Shown here: in pieces, positions 26,437 through 36,446 of the stretch | Numbering within the stretch: the stretch's first letter is position 1 | Layout: each line of letters starts with the position of its first letter | Source: Acidobacteriota bacterium | GTDB lineage: Bacteria; Acidobacteriota; Thermoanaerobaculia; Multivoradales; JAGPDF01 | NCBI GenBank assembly: GCA_014584695.1 | Contig: JACTMI010000008.1 | Coordinates: 15,333 to 79,332, forward strand | Direction of reading: 5' to 3' | DNA length: 64,000 nucleotides | The notes under the pieces: model-generated | Databases searched by the model: none | Seen by the model: the letters and a program-made list of their open reading frames with translations, nothing else | Told to the model about the DNA's origin: nothing | Position numbers and translations under genes: made by a program

Positions 26437-27815
26437 CCGGGTGGCGAAGTTTCAAGGTGGGTGAGAAGCGGCAGCCTCCTCGTCGTCCTCCATCGAGCCG
26501 CCAAGCAAGTGCCCAAGCAAGTGCCAGCCTCTTGGAACTTGCGTCGCGCCTCGAGGGCAGGAACTCTGGTCGGGGCCGAGCACAGGTGCGCTTGTTCCGC
26601 TACTTGCCCGCTGGCAGTCCTGCCCAGGCACCGGGCAGTGATGGGTGGGTCAGGCTACCTAGCTCCGAGTGCCCCGATCTCGCCCCGCAGGGGACGCGGC
26701 TCCTCCGGAGTCACGCCTGTGCTCACACCCGGCTCGCAAGGCTCGGCGCCGAGCGGCGCAGCGGGCCCACCACCGGGAGCTAGCTAGCCGCTCTCGCCGC
26801 CCACGCAGGCGACGAAGCGGGCCGAAGGCGGAAAGGAGCCTGGCGGGAAGAGCGACAAGGCCTCGCTCGCCCCCGCGACGCCGAGACGGAATCGCGCGGA
26901 TGCTCGCCGGAAGGCCTCGACGAAACCTTGGTAGCGCAGTCGTATCGCTCGACGCACGGCCTGCGTTGCCGCATGCACCAACGGGGCGGGCCGTTTCCTT
27001 GGCATGTCCTGCTCCAAGTGTGGATCCTGGCGAAGAAGGCGGGCCGACCCCAAGGGCTCACGGCCTGTGACCCGGATTCGCGCCGCCGTTTCGGCTTCGA
27101 CCAGAGCGACGAGGTCGGCACACCGGGCGCGATGACGCTCGGGGGGGAGATCCCGCCAGCAAGGAAGGTGGACAAGGTCGAAGGACTCGACCGCGGTGAC
27201 CTCCTCCCGACCGGACGCTCGACCACGCACCGCCAGCCGGTACTCCTTTGTCCGATCGAACCAGGTGCCGCGGACCGGACTGCCGTCCAGGAGCGCTCGG
27301 GTCGAGCTCGCTCCCGGCCAGTCTGTCGGTCGGCGAACGAGATTCTCCTTGCAGCCTTGCCGCAGAATATAGAGCAGCCGCTCGACCTGGGCAGCCTCTT
27401 CGTCGGACACGAGAACTGCTTGATACCTGCGGCCCCAGAACTTGTCCTTCCAGCGCACTTGACGGCCTACCTCGCGCGCGAGGTTGGAGTTCATGTAGTT
27501 CATGAAGGCAGCCAGCCGTTCCGCACTCGGCACCGTCACCAGCAGGTGAAAGTGATTCGAAAGGAAGCAGAAGGCATGGATCTGGACGGGATACAGGCGC
27601 ACCGCGCGGGCGAGCACGCCGCGAACGAGATCGGCGATCCGAGGCGTCGGCCTGAGCAGGCACCGCCCTTGGACCGTGCGGCATGTCACCTCGACGAGCG
27701 AATCAGGAGGTATGAAGCGGATTCGGCGACCCATGTCTCCTGAGACGAGATTCCTTCCCGTCGGCTTGCGTCAAGTGGCTGGCACCTGCAGTCCGACTTC
27801 GGGGGGGTGGCGGGG
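26437..27815. mobile_element. IS200/IS605-family-like insertion carrying a single HuH (Y1) transposase gene
   Basis: A lower-GC segment between two unrelated housekeeping genes. The transposase ORF is 26784-27734. The left arm contains a direct repeat ccaagcaagtgc x2 (about 26505-26530) and a small hairpin ctgccc-aggcacc-gggcag (about 26620-26640). Confidence 0.55.
26784..27734 (-). CDS. HuH Y1 tyrosine transposase (IS200-like / REP-associated tyrosine transposase-like, COG1943), 316 aa with a long C-terminal extension
   Basis: HuH motif LSNHFHLLV and catalytic Tyr region KFWGRRYQAVLV, typical of the Y1_Tnp (PF01797) family. Confidence 0.75.
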   Translation of the reverse strand: MGRRIRFIPPDSLVEVTCRTVQGRCLLRPTPRIADLVRGVLARAVRLYPVQIHAFCFLSNHFHLLVTVPSAERLAAFMNYMNSNLAREVGRQVRWKDKFWGRRYQAVLVSDEEAAQVERLLYILRQGCKENLVRRPTDWPGASSTRALLDGSPVRGTWFDRTKEYRLAVRGRASGREEVTAVESFDLVHLPCWRDLPPERHRARCADLVALVEAETAARIRVTGREPLGSARLLRQDPHLEQDMPRKRPAPLVHAATQAVRRAIRLRYQGFVEAFRRASARFRLGVAGASEALSLFPPGSFPPSARFVACVGGESG

Positions 27816-28970
27816 CTAGCGGCCGAGCAACCCGGCCAGCACCTCCACCCCACGCAGCGCGCGCTCGGGCTCGATCGCCGTGTAGCAGAGGCGCACGTGC
27901 GTCGGGTAGGGGCCGAAGCTGTGGCCCGGGGCGATCAGGAGGCCGCGCTCGACACACTCCTCGAGCAAGCCCGTCAAGCCGCGCTCGTCGAGCTGTGCCG
28001 CGACGTCGAAGAAGAGAAAGGTCGAACCTTCCGGGGCCGGCAGGCCGAGCCGCTCGGCCGCGCGGCGGCCTGTCTCGGCGTACTGCTCACGGGCGCTCCG
28101 GGCCCAGGCGAACCCCGGTCCGGCGAGCGCCCGCACCGCCGCGAGCTGCGCCGCCGTCGGCGTCGAGTAGAAGGTGTGGGTCGCCACCTTGCGCAGCTCG
28201 ATCATCACCTCGCGCGGCCCGACCACGTAGCCGCAGCGGTTCCCCGCCATGCCGAACGACTTCGAGAACGTCTGGGCGAGAAACGTCCGCTCCGGCGCCA
28301 GCGGCAAGGCCGGCACGTGCTCTCCCCGGTAGACCATCTGCTCGTAGACCTCGTCGGTCAGGATCCACAGCTCCTCGGTGCGCGCCCAGGCCACCAGCGC
28401 CTCGATCCAGTCGCGCGGCACCAGTCGTCCGCTCGGGTTGTTCGGCGTCGAGAGGTAGAGCGCCACGGTCCGGCCGGTCCGGCGGGCCCGCGCCGCGGCG
28501 ACCGCCTCGCTCGCCGTCGCCACCTCGCCAGCGAGCACCGGCACCGCCACCGGGCGGCCGTGAAAGGAGCGGACGATCCCCTCGATCAGTGGCCAGTACG
28601 GCGCCAGGATCAGCACCTCGTCGCCCGGCTCGAGCAGGGCGCCGGCGATCGCCCCCAGCCCGCCGGTGGCCCCGGCGGCGATCAGCACGTGCTCGCGCTC
28701 GAGCGCCAGGCCGGTCTTGGCCCGTTCGTGCTCGACCACCGCGTCGAGCAGCTCGGGCAGCCCGTGCACCGACGCATAACGGTGCATCCCGGGGTAGTCC
28801 GCGACCGAGAGGTCCTCCATCCGGCAGCCCGCCGCGGGCTCCATCCAGGTGTCCCCGACGTGCAGCGGATAGCGCTCCCCCGCCACCCGCTCCAGCCGCT
28901 CGGCGAGCGTCGAGTAGACCGATGGCGGGATCGCGCTGAGGTGGGAGGCGACGCGAGGGGGTCGGGGCAT
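27816..28970 (-). CDS. Pyridoxal-phosphate-dependent aminotransferase (class I/II)
   Basis: 384 aa from the internal Met MPRPPRVASHL. PLP-lysine motif FSKSFGMAGNRCGY; LSTPNNPSG. Confidence 0.85.
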   Translation of the reverse strand: MPRPPRVASHLSAIPPSVYSTLAERLERVAGERYPLHVGDTWMEPAAGCRMEDLSVADYPGMHRYASVHGLPELLDAVVEHERAKTGLALEREHVLIAAGATGGLGAIAGALLEPGDEVLILAPYWPLIEGIVRSFHGRPVAVPVLAGEVATASEAVAAARARRTGRTVALYLSTPNNPSGRLVPRDWIEALVAWARTEELWILTDEVYEQMVYRGEHVPALPLAPERTFLAQTFSKSFGMAGNRCGYVVGPREVMIELRKVATHTFYSTPTAAQLAAVRALAGPGFAWARSAREQYAETGRRAAERLGLPAPEGSTFLFFDVAAQLDERGLTGLLEECVERGLLIAPGHSFGPYPTHVRLCYTAIEPERALRGVEVLAGLLGR

Positions 28971-29107
28971 GGGGTCTCTCGGGATCGGTGGGTCGGTCGG
29001 GAACGGCGGGTCGCTCAGCTTCGCTCTCGCCTCGGCTTCGATCTTGCAGAAACGTTGGCACTCTAAACCACGGCGGACCCGGCCCGCTCCGGCGCCGCCG
29101 CCATAGG

Positions 29108-30817
29108 ATGACCGCCATGCCGCGACCCCGTGCCTCGCTCCCGCTGCTCGCCCTCGCTCTGCCGCTCGCCGGCCTCGCCCAGAGTCCACCCCCCAGCCAG
29201 CCGCCGACCTTCACGGAGAGGGTCGAGGTGCTGGTCCGCAATGTCGATGTCGTGGTCAGCGACCGCGACGGCAACCCCATTGTCGGGCTGACCCGCGAGG
29301 ACTTCGAGCTGCTCGAGAACGGCAAACCGGTGCCGATCGTCAACTTCGCCGCCTACCGGGAGGGGGGCGACGCCGATCTGGCGCTCGAAGGGGGAGCGGT
29401 TCCGACCGAGGCCGTGGCTGCGGAGCCAGCCAGGAGTCGGGTTCTCGCCGCCCCCCCGGCGACCTGGGTCCTCCACGTCGATCAGGCGCAGCTCGAGCCC
29501 AAACAGCGCAACGAGATCGTCAAGCAGTTGCGCCGCTTCGTCGCCACTGCCCTGCGTCCCGGCGACCGCACCATGGTCACCACCTACGACGGCATCTCGC
29601 TGCGCATCCTTTCGCAATTGACGACGGACGTCGCCGCCACCGACCAGGCCCTGGCGAAGCTCGAGAAGAGCTCCAGCATCGCCGCGACCCGCCTCGCGCG
29701 GCGCCACCAACTGCGGCTCGAAATTGTCGACCCCCAGCTCGACCTCTACCGCGCCAAAGAGGTGCTGTGGGCGATCCAGGACTACGCCGAGGCCGAAACC
29801 GTCTACAGCCGCAACGCCCTGAGTGCTTTTCACGACCTGCTCGTCATCGTCGGCGGCATCGACGGCCGGGTCAACGTCGTGAGCGGCGGCGGCGGCTTCA
29901 GCAACCAGCCAGCCGAGGAGTTCTTCCGCCTCTTCGCAGTGCGCTTCCCTGGTCTCTTCGCCCGGGAGCTCGACGCTCGCCGCACCGATCCAACGCGCAT
30001 CGAGCTCGAGACCGGCTTCGCCAAGCTGACCCGCGCCGTCAACTCGAGCCGCGTCACCATCCACACCATCTACGCCGGCAGCGAACGGGGACCGGCGGTC
30101 CACGCCGACGACGGCGGCGGATTCGAGGGCTTCACGCCCTCCGAGATCGTCACCCAGGAGGGAAGCTCCGCGCTCGCCTCCTTCGCCGCCTCGACCGGCG
30201 GCCGGTCGTTCGTCGCCGCGCCGGACCTGGCGCGACGCCTCGGCACCGCACGCAACGACGCTGTCCACTACTACTCGCTCGGCTACGAGCCGCCGCGGCT
30301 GGTCCCCGGCGAGTCGCGCCGGGTCGAGGTGCGGGTCAACCGCCCGGGCGCGCGGGTGCTCCACCGCCAGCAGCTGGCCGAAAAGAAGGCGGACGAGCTG
30401 GCCGGCGAAGCGGCGCTCTCGGCCCTGCTCGGCGAAACCGAGCCCGACCCCTTCGGCACCCGGCTGGTGGTCGGCACCGCGACCGGCAAGCGCAAGGAAC
30501 AGCGAGTACCGGTCGAGGTCCAGGTGCCTCTGACTTCGGTGACGCTGCTGCCCGAGAAGGAGCGCTATCGGGGGCAGCTGCTGTTCCAGTTCGCGCTGCG
30601 CTCCCCGGACGGCGGCTACCGGCGCCTCGAGCCGCGCCCCATCGCGCTCGAGATCCCGGCCGATCGGGTCGGCCAAGCCATGGGCCAGCACGTGACGATG
30701 AAGGTCGACATCGCGGTCGAGCCGGGTGACTACCGCCTCGCCGTCTCAGTCCTCGACGAGCTCTCGGGCGTCCACGGCACCACCAGCGCCGCCCTGGTCG
30801 CCACCGGGGGCCGCTGA
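29108..30817 (+). CDS. Secreted VWA-domain protein ('VWFA-related' family), paralog 1
   Basis: Signal peptide MTAMPRPRASLPLLALALPLAGLAQ. Conserved block VxVRNVDVVVSDRDGNPIVGLTREDFELLENGKPVPIVNFAAY then WVLHVDQAQL, HTIYAG..., YYSLGY; about 45% identical to paralog 2. Confidence 0.75.
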   Translation: MTAMPRPRASLPLLALALPLAGLAQSPPPSQPPTFTERVEVLVRNVDVVVSDRDGNPIVGLTREDFELLENGKPVPIVNFAAYREGGDADLALEGGAVPTEAVAAEPARSRVLAAPPATWVLHVDQAQLEPKQRNEIVKQLRRFVATALRPGDRTMVTTYDGISLRILSQLTTDVAATDQALAKLEKSSSIAATRLARRHQLRLEIVDPQLDLYRAKEVLWAIQDYAEAETVYSRNALSAFHDLLVIVGGIDGRVNVVSGGGGFSNQPAEEFFRLFAVRFPGLFARELDARRTDPTRIELETGFAKLTRAVNSSRVTIHTIYAGSERGPAVHADDGGGFEGFTPSEIVTQEGSSALASFAASTGGRSFVAAPDLARRLGTARNDAVHYYSLGYEPPRLVPGESRRVEVRVNRPGARVLHRQQLAEKKADELAGEAALSALLGETEPDPFGTRLVVGTATGKRKEQRVPVEVQVPLTSVTLLPEKERYRGQLLFQFALRSPDGGYRRLEPRPIALEIPADRVGQAMGQHVTMKVDIAVEPGDYRLAVSVLDELSGVHGTTSAALVATGGR

Positions 30818-30936
30818 GGCCGACGCGGAGCTTTCGTCCCTCGGGAGAGCCTTGTCGTCCCACCGGGAGCCGACCGGCCGCCGATAGCGCCGGCTCACGG
30901 CCGACGTCGGCCGCGCATCTCTCTTACAATGAGTCG

Positions 30937-32676
30937 ATGCGCACCCGGCGACTCCCCCTCACGGCTCTGACCCTTCTGGCGGTGGTCGCTTCCGGCCCGC
31001 CGGCGCCCGCCCCCGGCCAGGAGCAGGGGCTGGCCTCGTTCCTCGACCAGGTCGATGTCAGGGTGATCAACGTCGACGTCCTGGTGCTCGACGCCAAGGG
31101 GCAGCCGGTCAACGGGCTCCATCGCGAGGATTTCCAGATCCTCGAGAGCGGCCGCCCGGTCGAGCTGACCAATTTCGCCGCCTACGAAGAGGCGGCCGGC
31201 GTCGAGACGGTCGCCGGCGTCGCGACGATCGAGGGCGAGCTTGCGGCCGAGGATGCCGCGGGGCTGGCGCGGACGGCGCCGGCAGCCACCTGGATCGTCT
31301 ACGTCGACCAGGCGCAGCTCCAACCCGGTCCGCGCAACCTGGTCCTCCGCGAGGTCCTCGAGTTCCTGCGCGCCGGACTGGCGCCGGGGGACCAGGTCGT
31401 CGCCGCCACCTTCGACGGCGCGGCGCTCAAGATCCTGGCGCCGCTGTCGAGCGAACCCGCGCCCGCCCTGGCCGCGCTCGAGGCTCTGCAGAAGCAGACC
31501 GGTGTTCCCTCCGGCCGGCGCGGACGCTCGGCGCTGCTGCAGCAGGAGATTCTGCTCGTCGACCTGCAGTCGATCACCGTGCTCGAGGAAGCCGACCAGC
31601 TCCTGACCGAGATCGAGTCGGCGGGTGAAGAGGAGGCGATGAGGAGCCGCAACGCGGTCACCGCGCTACGCGACCTGCTCGGCGTCGTCGCCGGCATCGA
31701 CGGCCGCGTCGCGTTGCTGCTCGGCGGCGGCGGTTTCGACTCCGATCCGCTCGGCAACCTCTACGATCTCTGGGAGTCGAAGTTCGCCTCGCTGCTGACC
31801 CAGCTCCCCCGCCGCCCGCAGCGCCAGACGGATCCGCGCCGCAACCAGCTGGCGAGCGACTACCAGGGCCTCCTGCGGGCGATCAACAGCAGTCGCGTCA
31901 CCGTCTACACGATCTACGCCGGCGCCGGCCGCGGACCGGACGTCTCGGCGGAGGTCGGCGGCATGCCGATCATCGACGGCCCCTCGCTGTCGCTCGGGCC
32001 CAGCCCGGAAGGAGGTTCGACCCTGGCGGCGTTCGCCACCGAGACTGGCGGTCGATCCTTCGTCAGCGCGACCGATCTCTCGAAGCGCCTGGCGGCGGCG
32101 CGCCGCGATTTCTCGATCTACTACTCGCTCGGCTACCGGCCCGACCGGAGCGAGATCGGCGGCTACTACCCGGTCGAGGTCCGCGTCCGCCGCGAGGGGC
32201 TGCGGGTCGTGCACCGGCGCGGCGTATCCGAGCGGACCTCCGAGGAGGAGGCCCAGGACTCGGCCGTGGCGGCGCTGCTCGCCGCGGAGCCGCCGGCCAA
32301 CCCGCTCGGGGCCAGGATCGAGATCGGCGCCGCCGAAGCCGCCCGCCGGGGCCGGACCTCGACCGTGCCCGTCACCGTGCAAGTCCCCTTGCGTGGCACG
32401 ACGCTGCTGCCCGCGGGGACGGCGCACCAGGGCAAGCTCTCCTTCTTCTTCGCCGTCCGCTACCCCGACGGCGGCTATCGTCGCCTCGAATCGCGGCCGC
32501 TCGACTTCGACGTCCCCAACGACCGCCTGGCCGGTGCCCTCGGCCAGCACGTCTCGTACCGTGTCGACCTGCCACTCGAACCGGGCGACTATCAGCTCGG
32601 CGTCGCCGTGGTCGACCGCATCGGCGGCGTGCGCGGCTCGCTGACGGCACCGATCAGCGTGGCCCGGGAGCGATGA
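30937..32676 (+). CDS. Secreted VWA-domain protein, paralog 2
   Basis: MRTRRLPLTALTLLAVVASG signal. Same architecture as paralog 1 (DVRVINVDVLVLDAKGQPVNGLHREDFQILESGRPVELTNFAAY, YTIYAG, YYSLGY). Confidence 0.75.
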   Translation: MRTRRLPLTALTLLAVVASGPPAPAPGQEQGLASFLDQVDVRVINVDVLVLDAKGQPVNGLHREDFQILESGRPVELTNFAAYEEAAGVETVAGVATIEGELAAEDAAGLARTAPAATWIVYVDQAQLQPGPRNLVLREVLEFLRAGLAPGDQVVAATFDGAALKILAPLSSEPAPALAALEALQKQTGVPSGRRGRSALLQQEILLVDLQSITVLEEADQLLTEIESAGEEEAMRSRNAVTALRDLLGVVAGIDGRVALLLGGGGFDSDPLGNLYDLWESKFASLLTQLPRRPQRQTDPRRNQLASDYQGLLRAINSSRVTVYTIYAGAGRGPDVSAEVGGMPIIDGPSLSLGPSPEGGSTLAAFATETGGRSFVSATDLSKRLAAARRDFSIYYSLGYRPDRSEIGGYYPVEVRVRREGLRVVHRRGVSERTSEEEAQDSAVAALLAAEPPANPLGARIEIGAAEAARRGRTSTVPVTVQVPLRGTTLLPAGTAHQGKLSFFFAVRYPDGGYRRLESRPLDFDVPNDRLAGALGQHVSYRVDLPLEPGDYQLGVAVVDRIGGVRGSLTAPISVARER

Positions 32677-34721
32677 TCCGCCGATTGCGCCACCGGCAGC
32701 TCGCCGCCAGCGTCCTGATCGCCGCCGCGGCGGTCACCAGCGGCTCGGCGCTGCGCGCCCAGGCGAGTGGCATCGAAGTCCGGTCGATCGGCGGCGCCCG
32801 CCCCGAGGCCGCCGCCCTCTTGGCGCACGGCGGCAGCGGTGGACCCCTGCGCACCCAGATCGTCGCTCTGCCCGCTGGCCACGGCCGCGTGGCCGTGCCG
32901 GTCCTGGTTGGCATCGAGCTCGACGGCGAGAGCCTGCTCGCCGGTCAACCGTCGGCGCGGCTGGGCGTCGAGCTCACCCTCTACGCGGTCGGTCTGGGCG
33001 GCACGATCGGCGCCGCGATCGCCGAGGGAATCGCCGTGGATCTCGGCCGCCATGGTGGCGCGATCGAGGCCGGAGGACTGCGTTGGCTGGGCAGCCTGGA
33101 GCTCGCACCCGGCGACTGGTCGATCCGGGCGCTGGTGCGCAACCGCCAGACCGGGGCGTTCGGCCTCCGTGAGACCCGGCTGGTCCTCACCACGCCTGGC
33201 GCCGAGGCGCAGGCGACCTTCCTCGCCCCGGTCGTGGCCGCCGCCGACGAGTGGATCGAGGCGCGCTCCCCGGCGCTCGCCCCGGCGGCCGCCGGGGTCC
33301 TGACGGAGATCGGCGGCCCGCCCTCGGCGCTGCCGGTGTTGGCCCTCGACGCGCCCGCGCGACTCTGGGCCTGGATCGGCGGCGGCGAGGCGGGTCCGCT
33401 CGCGGCGCGCCTGGTCGACGGCCTCGGCCGGCCGGCGGGCGAGCCGACCTTGACCGCGCGGGCCGGCCGCCGGCTGGCGCCCGGTCTCGCCGCGACGGAG
33501 CTCGAGATGGCCGCGCCGGGGGGCCGCGCGGGCCTGCGCGATCTCATCCTGACGACGCACGATGGCGAGCTCGTCTCGCTGCCGCACCGTTGTCTCGCCC
33601 GTCCGGCCGACGAGGCCGTGGCCTGGAACGCGGTCGCGCGTGTCGCCCTGGCGCGGGCCGCCGCCGAGGAGAGTCCGGAGGCGCCGGCGCCGGTGGCGCC
33701 CCCCGCCTCCAAGGAGGACCTCGAGCGGTTCCGCACCGCCTATCGCGAGGCTTGGCGACGCTACGCGGCAGGGGACCCGGAGGGCGGCGTCGCCGCGCTC
33801 CAGGTCTTCGAGTCCGCCGCGCTCGAAGGCGATCCCAAGCGGGCCATGGGCTGGCTGGCGCAGGCCGATCGCTCGCTGCTGTCCGACATCGCCAAGAGCC
33901 GCCCCGGCGCGCTATTGCCGCTCGCGCTCTTCTACCAGGAGCTCTTCCGGGCGCATCTCGCGGCGGGCCGGATCGGCCTCGCGCGGCGCGCGGAGATGGT
34001 GACGCAATCGCTGCTCGTCGACAGCGCCAGCCGCGCGGCCACCGACGAGGAGCGCGAGATCGTCGCCTCGGCACTCGAGAGCCTCGCCGCCGACCTGCTC
34101 GACGCCCAGGCGCCGAACCGGGCCGCCGCGCTGCTCGAGCGGTCGACCTCCCTGGCGCCGAACCGGGCCGGCTCCTGGGTGGCGCTGGGGGCCCTCCACG
34201 AACGCAACCGCGAGCTCGACCCGGCCCGGCGCGCACTCGACCGCGCGCTCGCCGCCGCCCCCCGGCACCGCGAGGCCCGCCTTCGCCGCGCCCTGATCGA
34301 GGTTCGGGCCGGGTCGGCCAGGCGCGGAGTCGAGCTGCTCGACCAGCTGATCGCCGAGCCGGCCCTGGATTGGATCGCGGTCATCGCCAACCAGGAGCGG
34401 GCTCGACAGCACCTCGCGGCGGGCGACCTGACAGCGGCGGCTTCGCTGCTGGAGAATGCCGCGCGTCGCTTCCCCGCCGAGCCGTCGCTCGAGACCGCGC
34501 TCGCCTACACTCTCGATCGAGCTGGCCGGCGCGCCGAGGCGCGCGCCGCGGTCGAGCGCGCCACCCGGGCTGGTCGCAGCTTCGACATCGCGCCGCGCCA
34601 GCACTACGCGCGCTTCCCCGTGCAGGCTCTGGCCGCAGGTCGCGCCACGGTCGAGGAGCGCGGTTTCCTCGCCCGCTCCGAGTTGCTCGCCGCGCTCGGT
34701 GGCGGCGGAGGTCCGGCGTGA
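32673..34721 (+). CDS. Secreted TPR-repeat protein (682 aa)
   Basis: ATGA overlap with the upstream gene. N-terminal signal; the C-terminal ~300 aa are Ala/Leu/Arg-rich TPR-like helical repeats (ALDRALAAAPRHREARLRRALIEVRAG...). Confidence 0.6.
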   Translation: MIRRLRHRQLAASVLIAAAAVTSGSALRAQASGIEVRSIGGARPEAAALLAHGGSGGPLRTQIVALPAGHGRVAVPVLVGIELDGESLLAGQPSARLGVELTLYAVGLGGTIGAAIAEGIAVDLGRHGGAIEAGGLRWLGSLELAPGDWSIRALVRNRQTGAFGLRETRLVLTTPGAEAQATFLAPVVAAADEWIEARSPALAPAAAGVLTEIGGPPSALPVLALDAPARLWAWIGGGEAGPLAARLVDGLGRPAGEPTLTARAGRRLAPGLAATELEMAAPGGRAGLRDLILTTHDGELVSLPHRCLARPADEAVAWNAVARVALARAAAEESPEAPAPVAPPASKEDLERFRTAYREAWRRYAAGDPEGGVAALQVFESAALEGDPKRAMGWLAQADRSLLSDIAKSRPGALLPLALFYQELFRAHLAAGRIGLARRAEMVTQSLLVDSASRAATDEEREIVASALESLAADLLDAQAPNRAAALLERSTSLAPNRAGSWVALGALHERNRELDPARRALDRALAAAPRHREARLRRALIEVRAGSARRGVELLDQLIAEPALDWIAVIANQERARQHLAAGDLTAAASLLENAARRFPAEPSLETALAYTLDRAGRRAEARAAVERATRAGRSFDIAPRQHYARFPVQALAAGRATVEERGFLARSELLAALGGGGGPA

Positions 34722-35902
34722 ATCGTCCGCCGGCACGCGGCCTTCGCGTCACGGCGGCCGCCGGGTCGCTGATGGCGGCGGCGCTGCTCGCGGCGCCCGC
34801 CTTCGAGGTCGCCATCGTCGAACCGCTCGCCGGCCAAGCGGCCTTCGGCCCCACCGACTTCGCGGCCGAGGTGCGCGGCGGCGAGGCACGCTGGGTCGAG
34901 TTCTACGTCGACGGCCGCAAGGTCGGCGAGCGAACGGCGCCGCCCTACCGGATCGAGGTCGATCTCGGCGAGGAGAACCTCGAGCGCCGATTCCGCGTCG
35001 TCGCCCACGGCGAGGCCGGCGCCGTCAGCGAGGCCGAGCTGGTGCTGCCGCGGATCCGCGTCGACGACCGCATCGAGCTGCCGCTGCAGCAGCTCTACGT
35101 CACCGCGAGCCGCGCCGGCGCGCCGGCGCACGACCTGGCGCGCGGGCACTTCCGGGTCTTCGACGGCGGCGTCTCGCAGCGCCTGGTGACGTTCGAGCGC
35201 GGCGACGTGCCGCTCGCCGCCGTGCTGCTGCTCGACAGCTCGCTTTCGATGCGCGGCGCCCCGCTCGCCGCCGCATTGGCCGGCGCGCGCGCTTTCGCCG
35301 CCGGCATGGCGCCGCTCGACGAAGCGATGCTGCTGCTCTTCTCGGACCAGGTGATCCACCGCTCGGCTTTCGGCTCGGATCCGGCGACGCTCACCGGCGG
35401 CCTGACGGGGGCCGCCGCGCGCGGCGGCTCGGCGATCAACGACCACCTGTTCCTGGCGCTCAAGGAGCTCGAGCGCCGGCAGGGGCGGCGGGTCGCGATC
35501 CTGCTCTCGGACGGCATCGACGTCGACAGCTTGCTCTCCGCGCGCGAGCTCGAGCAGTCGATCGGCAGGAGCCCGGCGCTGCTCTACTGGATCCGTCCGG
35601 TCAGCAAGGCCGCCGGCCCACTCTGGCACCGCTCGGCTTGGCGCGACTTCAAGGAACACGACGCCGAGGTCAAGGCGCTCGAGCGGATGGTAGCTCGCAG
35701 TGGTGGGCGCATCGTCCCGATCGCCCGCATCGAGCAGGCCGAGGAGGCCTTCCGCGAGATCTTGGCCGAGCTGCGCAACCAGTACGTCCTCGGCTACTAC
35801 CCCAGCGTCGCCCGCCACGACGGCTCCTGGCGCCGCATCCGCATCGACCTCGCCCTCCCCGGCATCGACCTGCGCGCCCGCGAGGGCTACTACGACGACT
35901 GA
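34718..35902 (+). CDS. Secreted VWA-domain protein, short paralog 3 (394 aa)
   Basis: GTGA overlap with the upstream gene. MIDAS-like VLLLDSSLSMRG; LLSDGIDVDS; ends ...NQYVLGYYP... as in paralogs 1 and 2. Confidence 0.7.
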   Translation: MNRPPARGLRVTAAAGSLMAAALLAAPAFEVAIVEPLAGQAAFGPTDFAAEVRGGEARWVEFYVDGRKVGERTAPPYRIEVDLGEENLERRFRVVAHGEAGAVSEAELVLPRIRVDDRIELPLQQLYVTASRAGAPAHDLARGHFRVFDGGVSQRLVTFERGDVPLAAVLLLDSSLSMRGAPLAAALAGARAFAAGMAPLDEAMLLLFSDQVIHRSAFGSDPATLTGGLTGAAARGGSAINDHLFLALKELERRQGRRVAILLSDGIDVDSLLSARELEQSIGRSPALLYWIRPVSKAAGPLWHRSAWRDFKEHDAEVKALERMVARSGGRIVPIARIEQAEEAFREILAELRNQYVLGYYPSVARHDGSWRRIRIDLALPGIDLRAREGYYDD

Positions 35903-35993
35903 CCGCAACCCCAGCGGCCGCCGACGGGGATCCCGTCCGCTCGAATCAAGCAGAGAGCGAAACAGAAGAAGAAGAAAATGGAAAAGAAAGCAA

Positions 35994-36366
35994 AGCTCCA
36001 GTTAAGGGCAGGTGTAGGGAGCGATCTCGTTGAGGCGAAGCGGTTTGCCGTCCGTGAAGAAGAGAAGAGCAACAGCTCCAGTTAAGGGTAGGTGAATGGA
36101 ACGTCCTCGCTGAGCCGAAGCGGTCTGCCGTCCGTGAAGAAGAGAAAAGCAACAGCTCCAGTTAAGGGTAGGTGAGTGGAGCGTCCTCGCTGCGGCGAGG
36201 CGGATTGCCGTCCGAGAAGAAGAGAAGAGGCAACAGCTCCAGTTAAGGGTAGGTGAGTGGAGCGTCCTCGCTGCGGCGAGGCGGATTGCCGTCCGTGAAG
36301 AAGAGAAAAGGCAACAGCTCCAGTTAAGGGTAGGTGAGTGGAGCGTCCTCGCTGCGGCGAGGCGTG
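35994..36366. repeat. Tandem repeat locus 2: about 4.6 copies of an 80-81-bp unit (agctccagttaagggtaggtgagtggagcgtcctcgctgcggcgaggcggattgccgtccgtgaagaagagaaaaggcaac)
   Basis: Units start at 35994, 36074, 36154, 36235 and 36316. It shares the AGCTCCA(T/G)T(G/A)AAGGG core and the GAAGAAGAGAAAAG motif with loci 1 and 3. A period that is not a multiple of 3 argues against coding. Confidence 0.8.
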
Positions 36367-36446
36367 CGGGCGAGCCCGACGTCGTCGAATCCCCGCCGGC
36401 GCGACCGCGCGCTGACCGGGCCACAGAGCGTGCGGTCCGGCAGAGG

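Noticed and set aside
26461-26787. 108-aa ORF in the left arm of the IS200-like element
   Set aside because: Ser/Pro/Gly-rich low-complexity translation with no start context; more likely the non-coding subterminal region of the insertion.
35994-36366. CRISPR array interpretation of the tandem repeats (loci at 3030, 35994, 62526)
   Set aside because: Units are 80-180 bp and near-identical throughout, with no alternation of conserved repeats and unique spacers, and there are no cas genes in the window.
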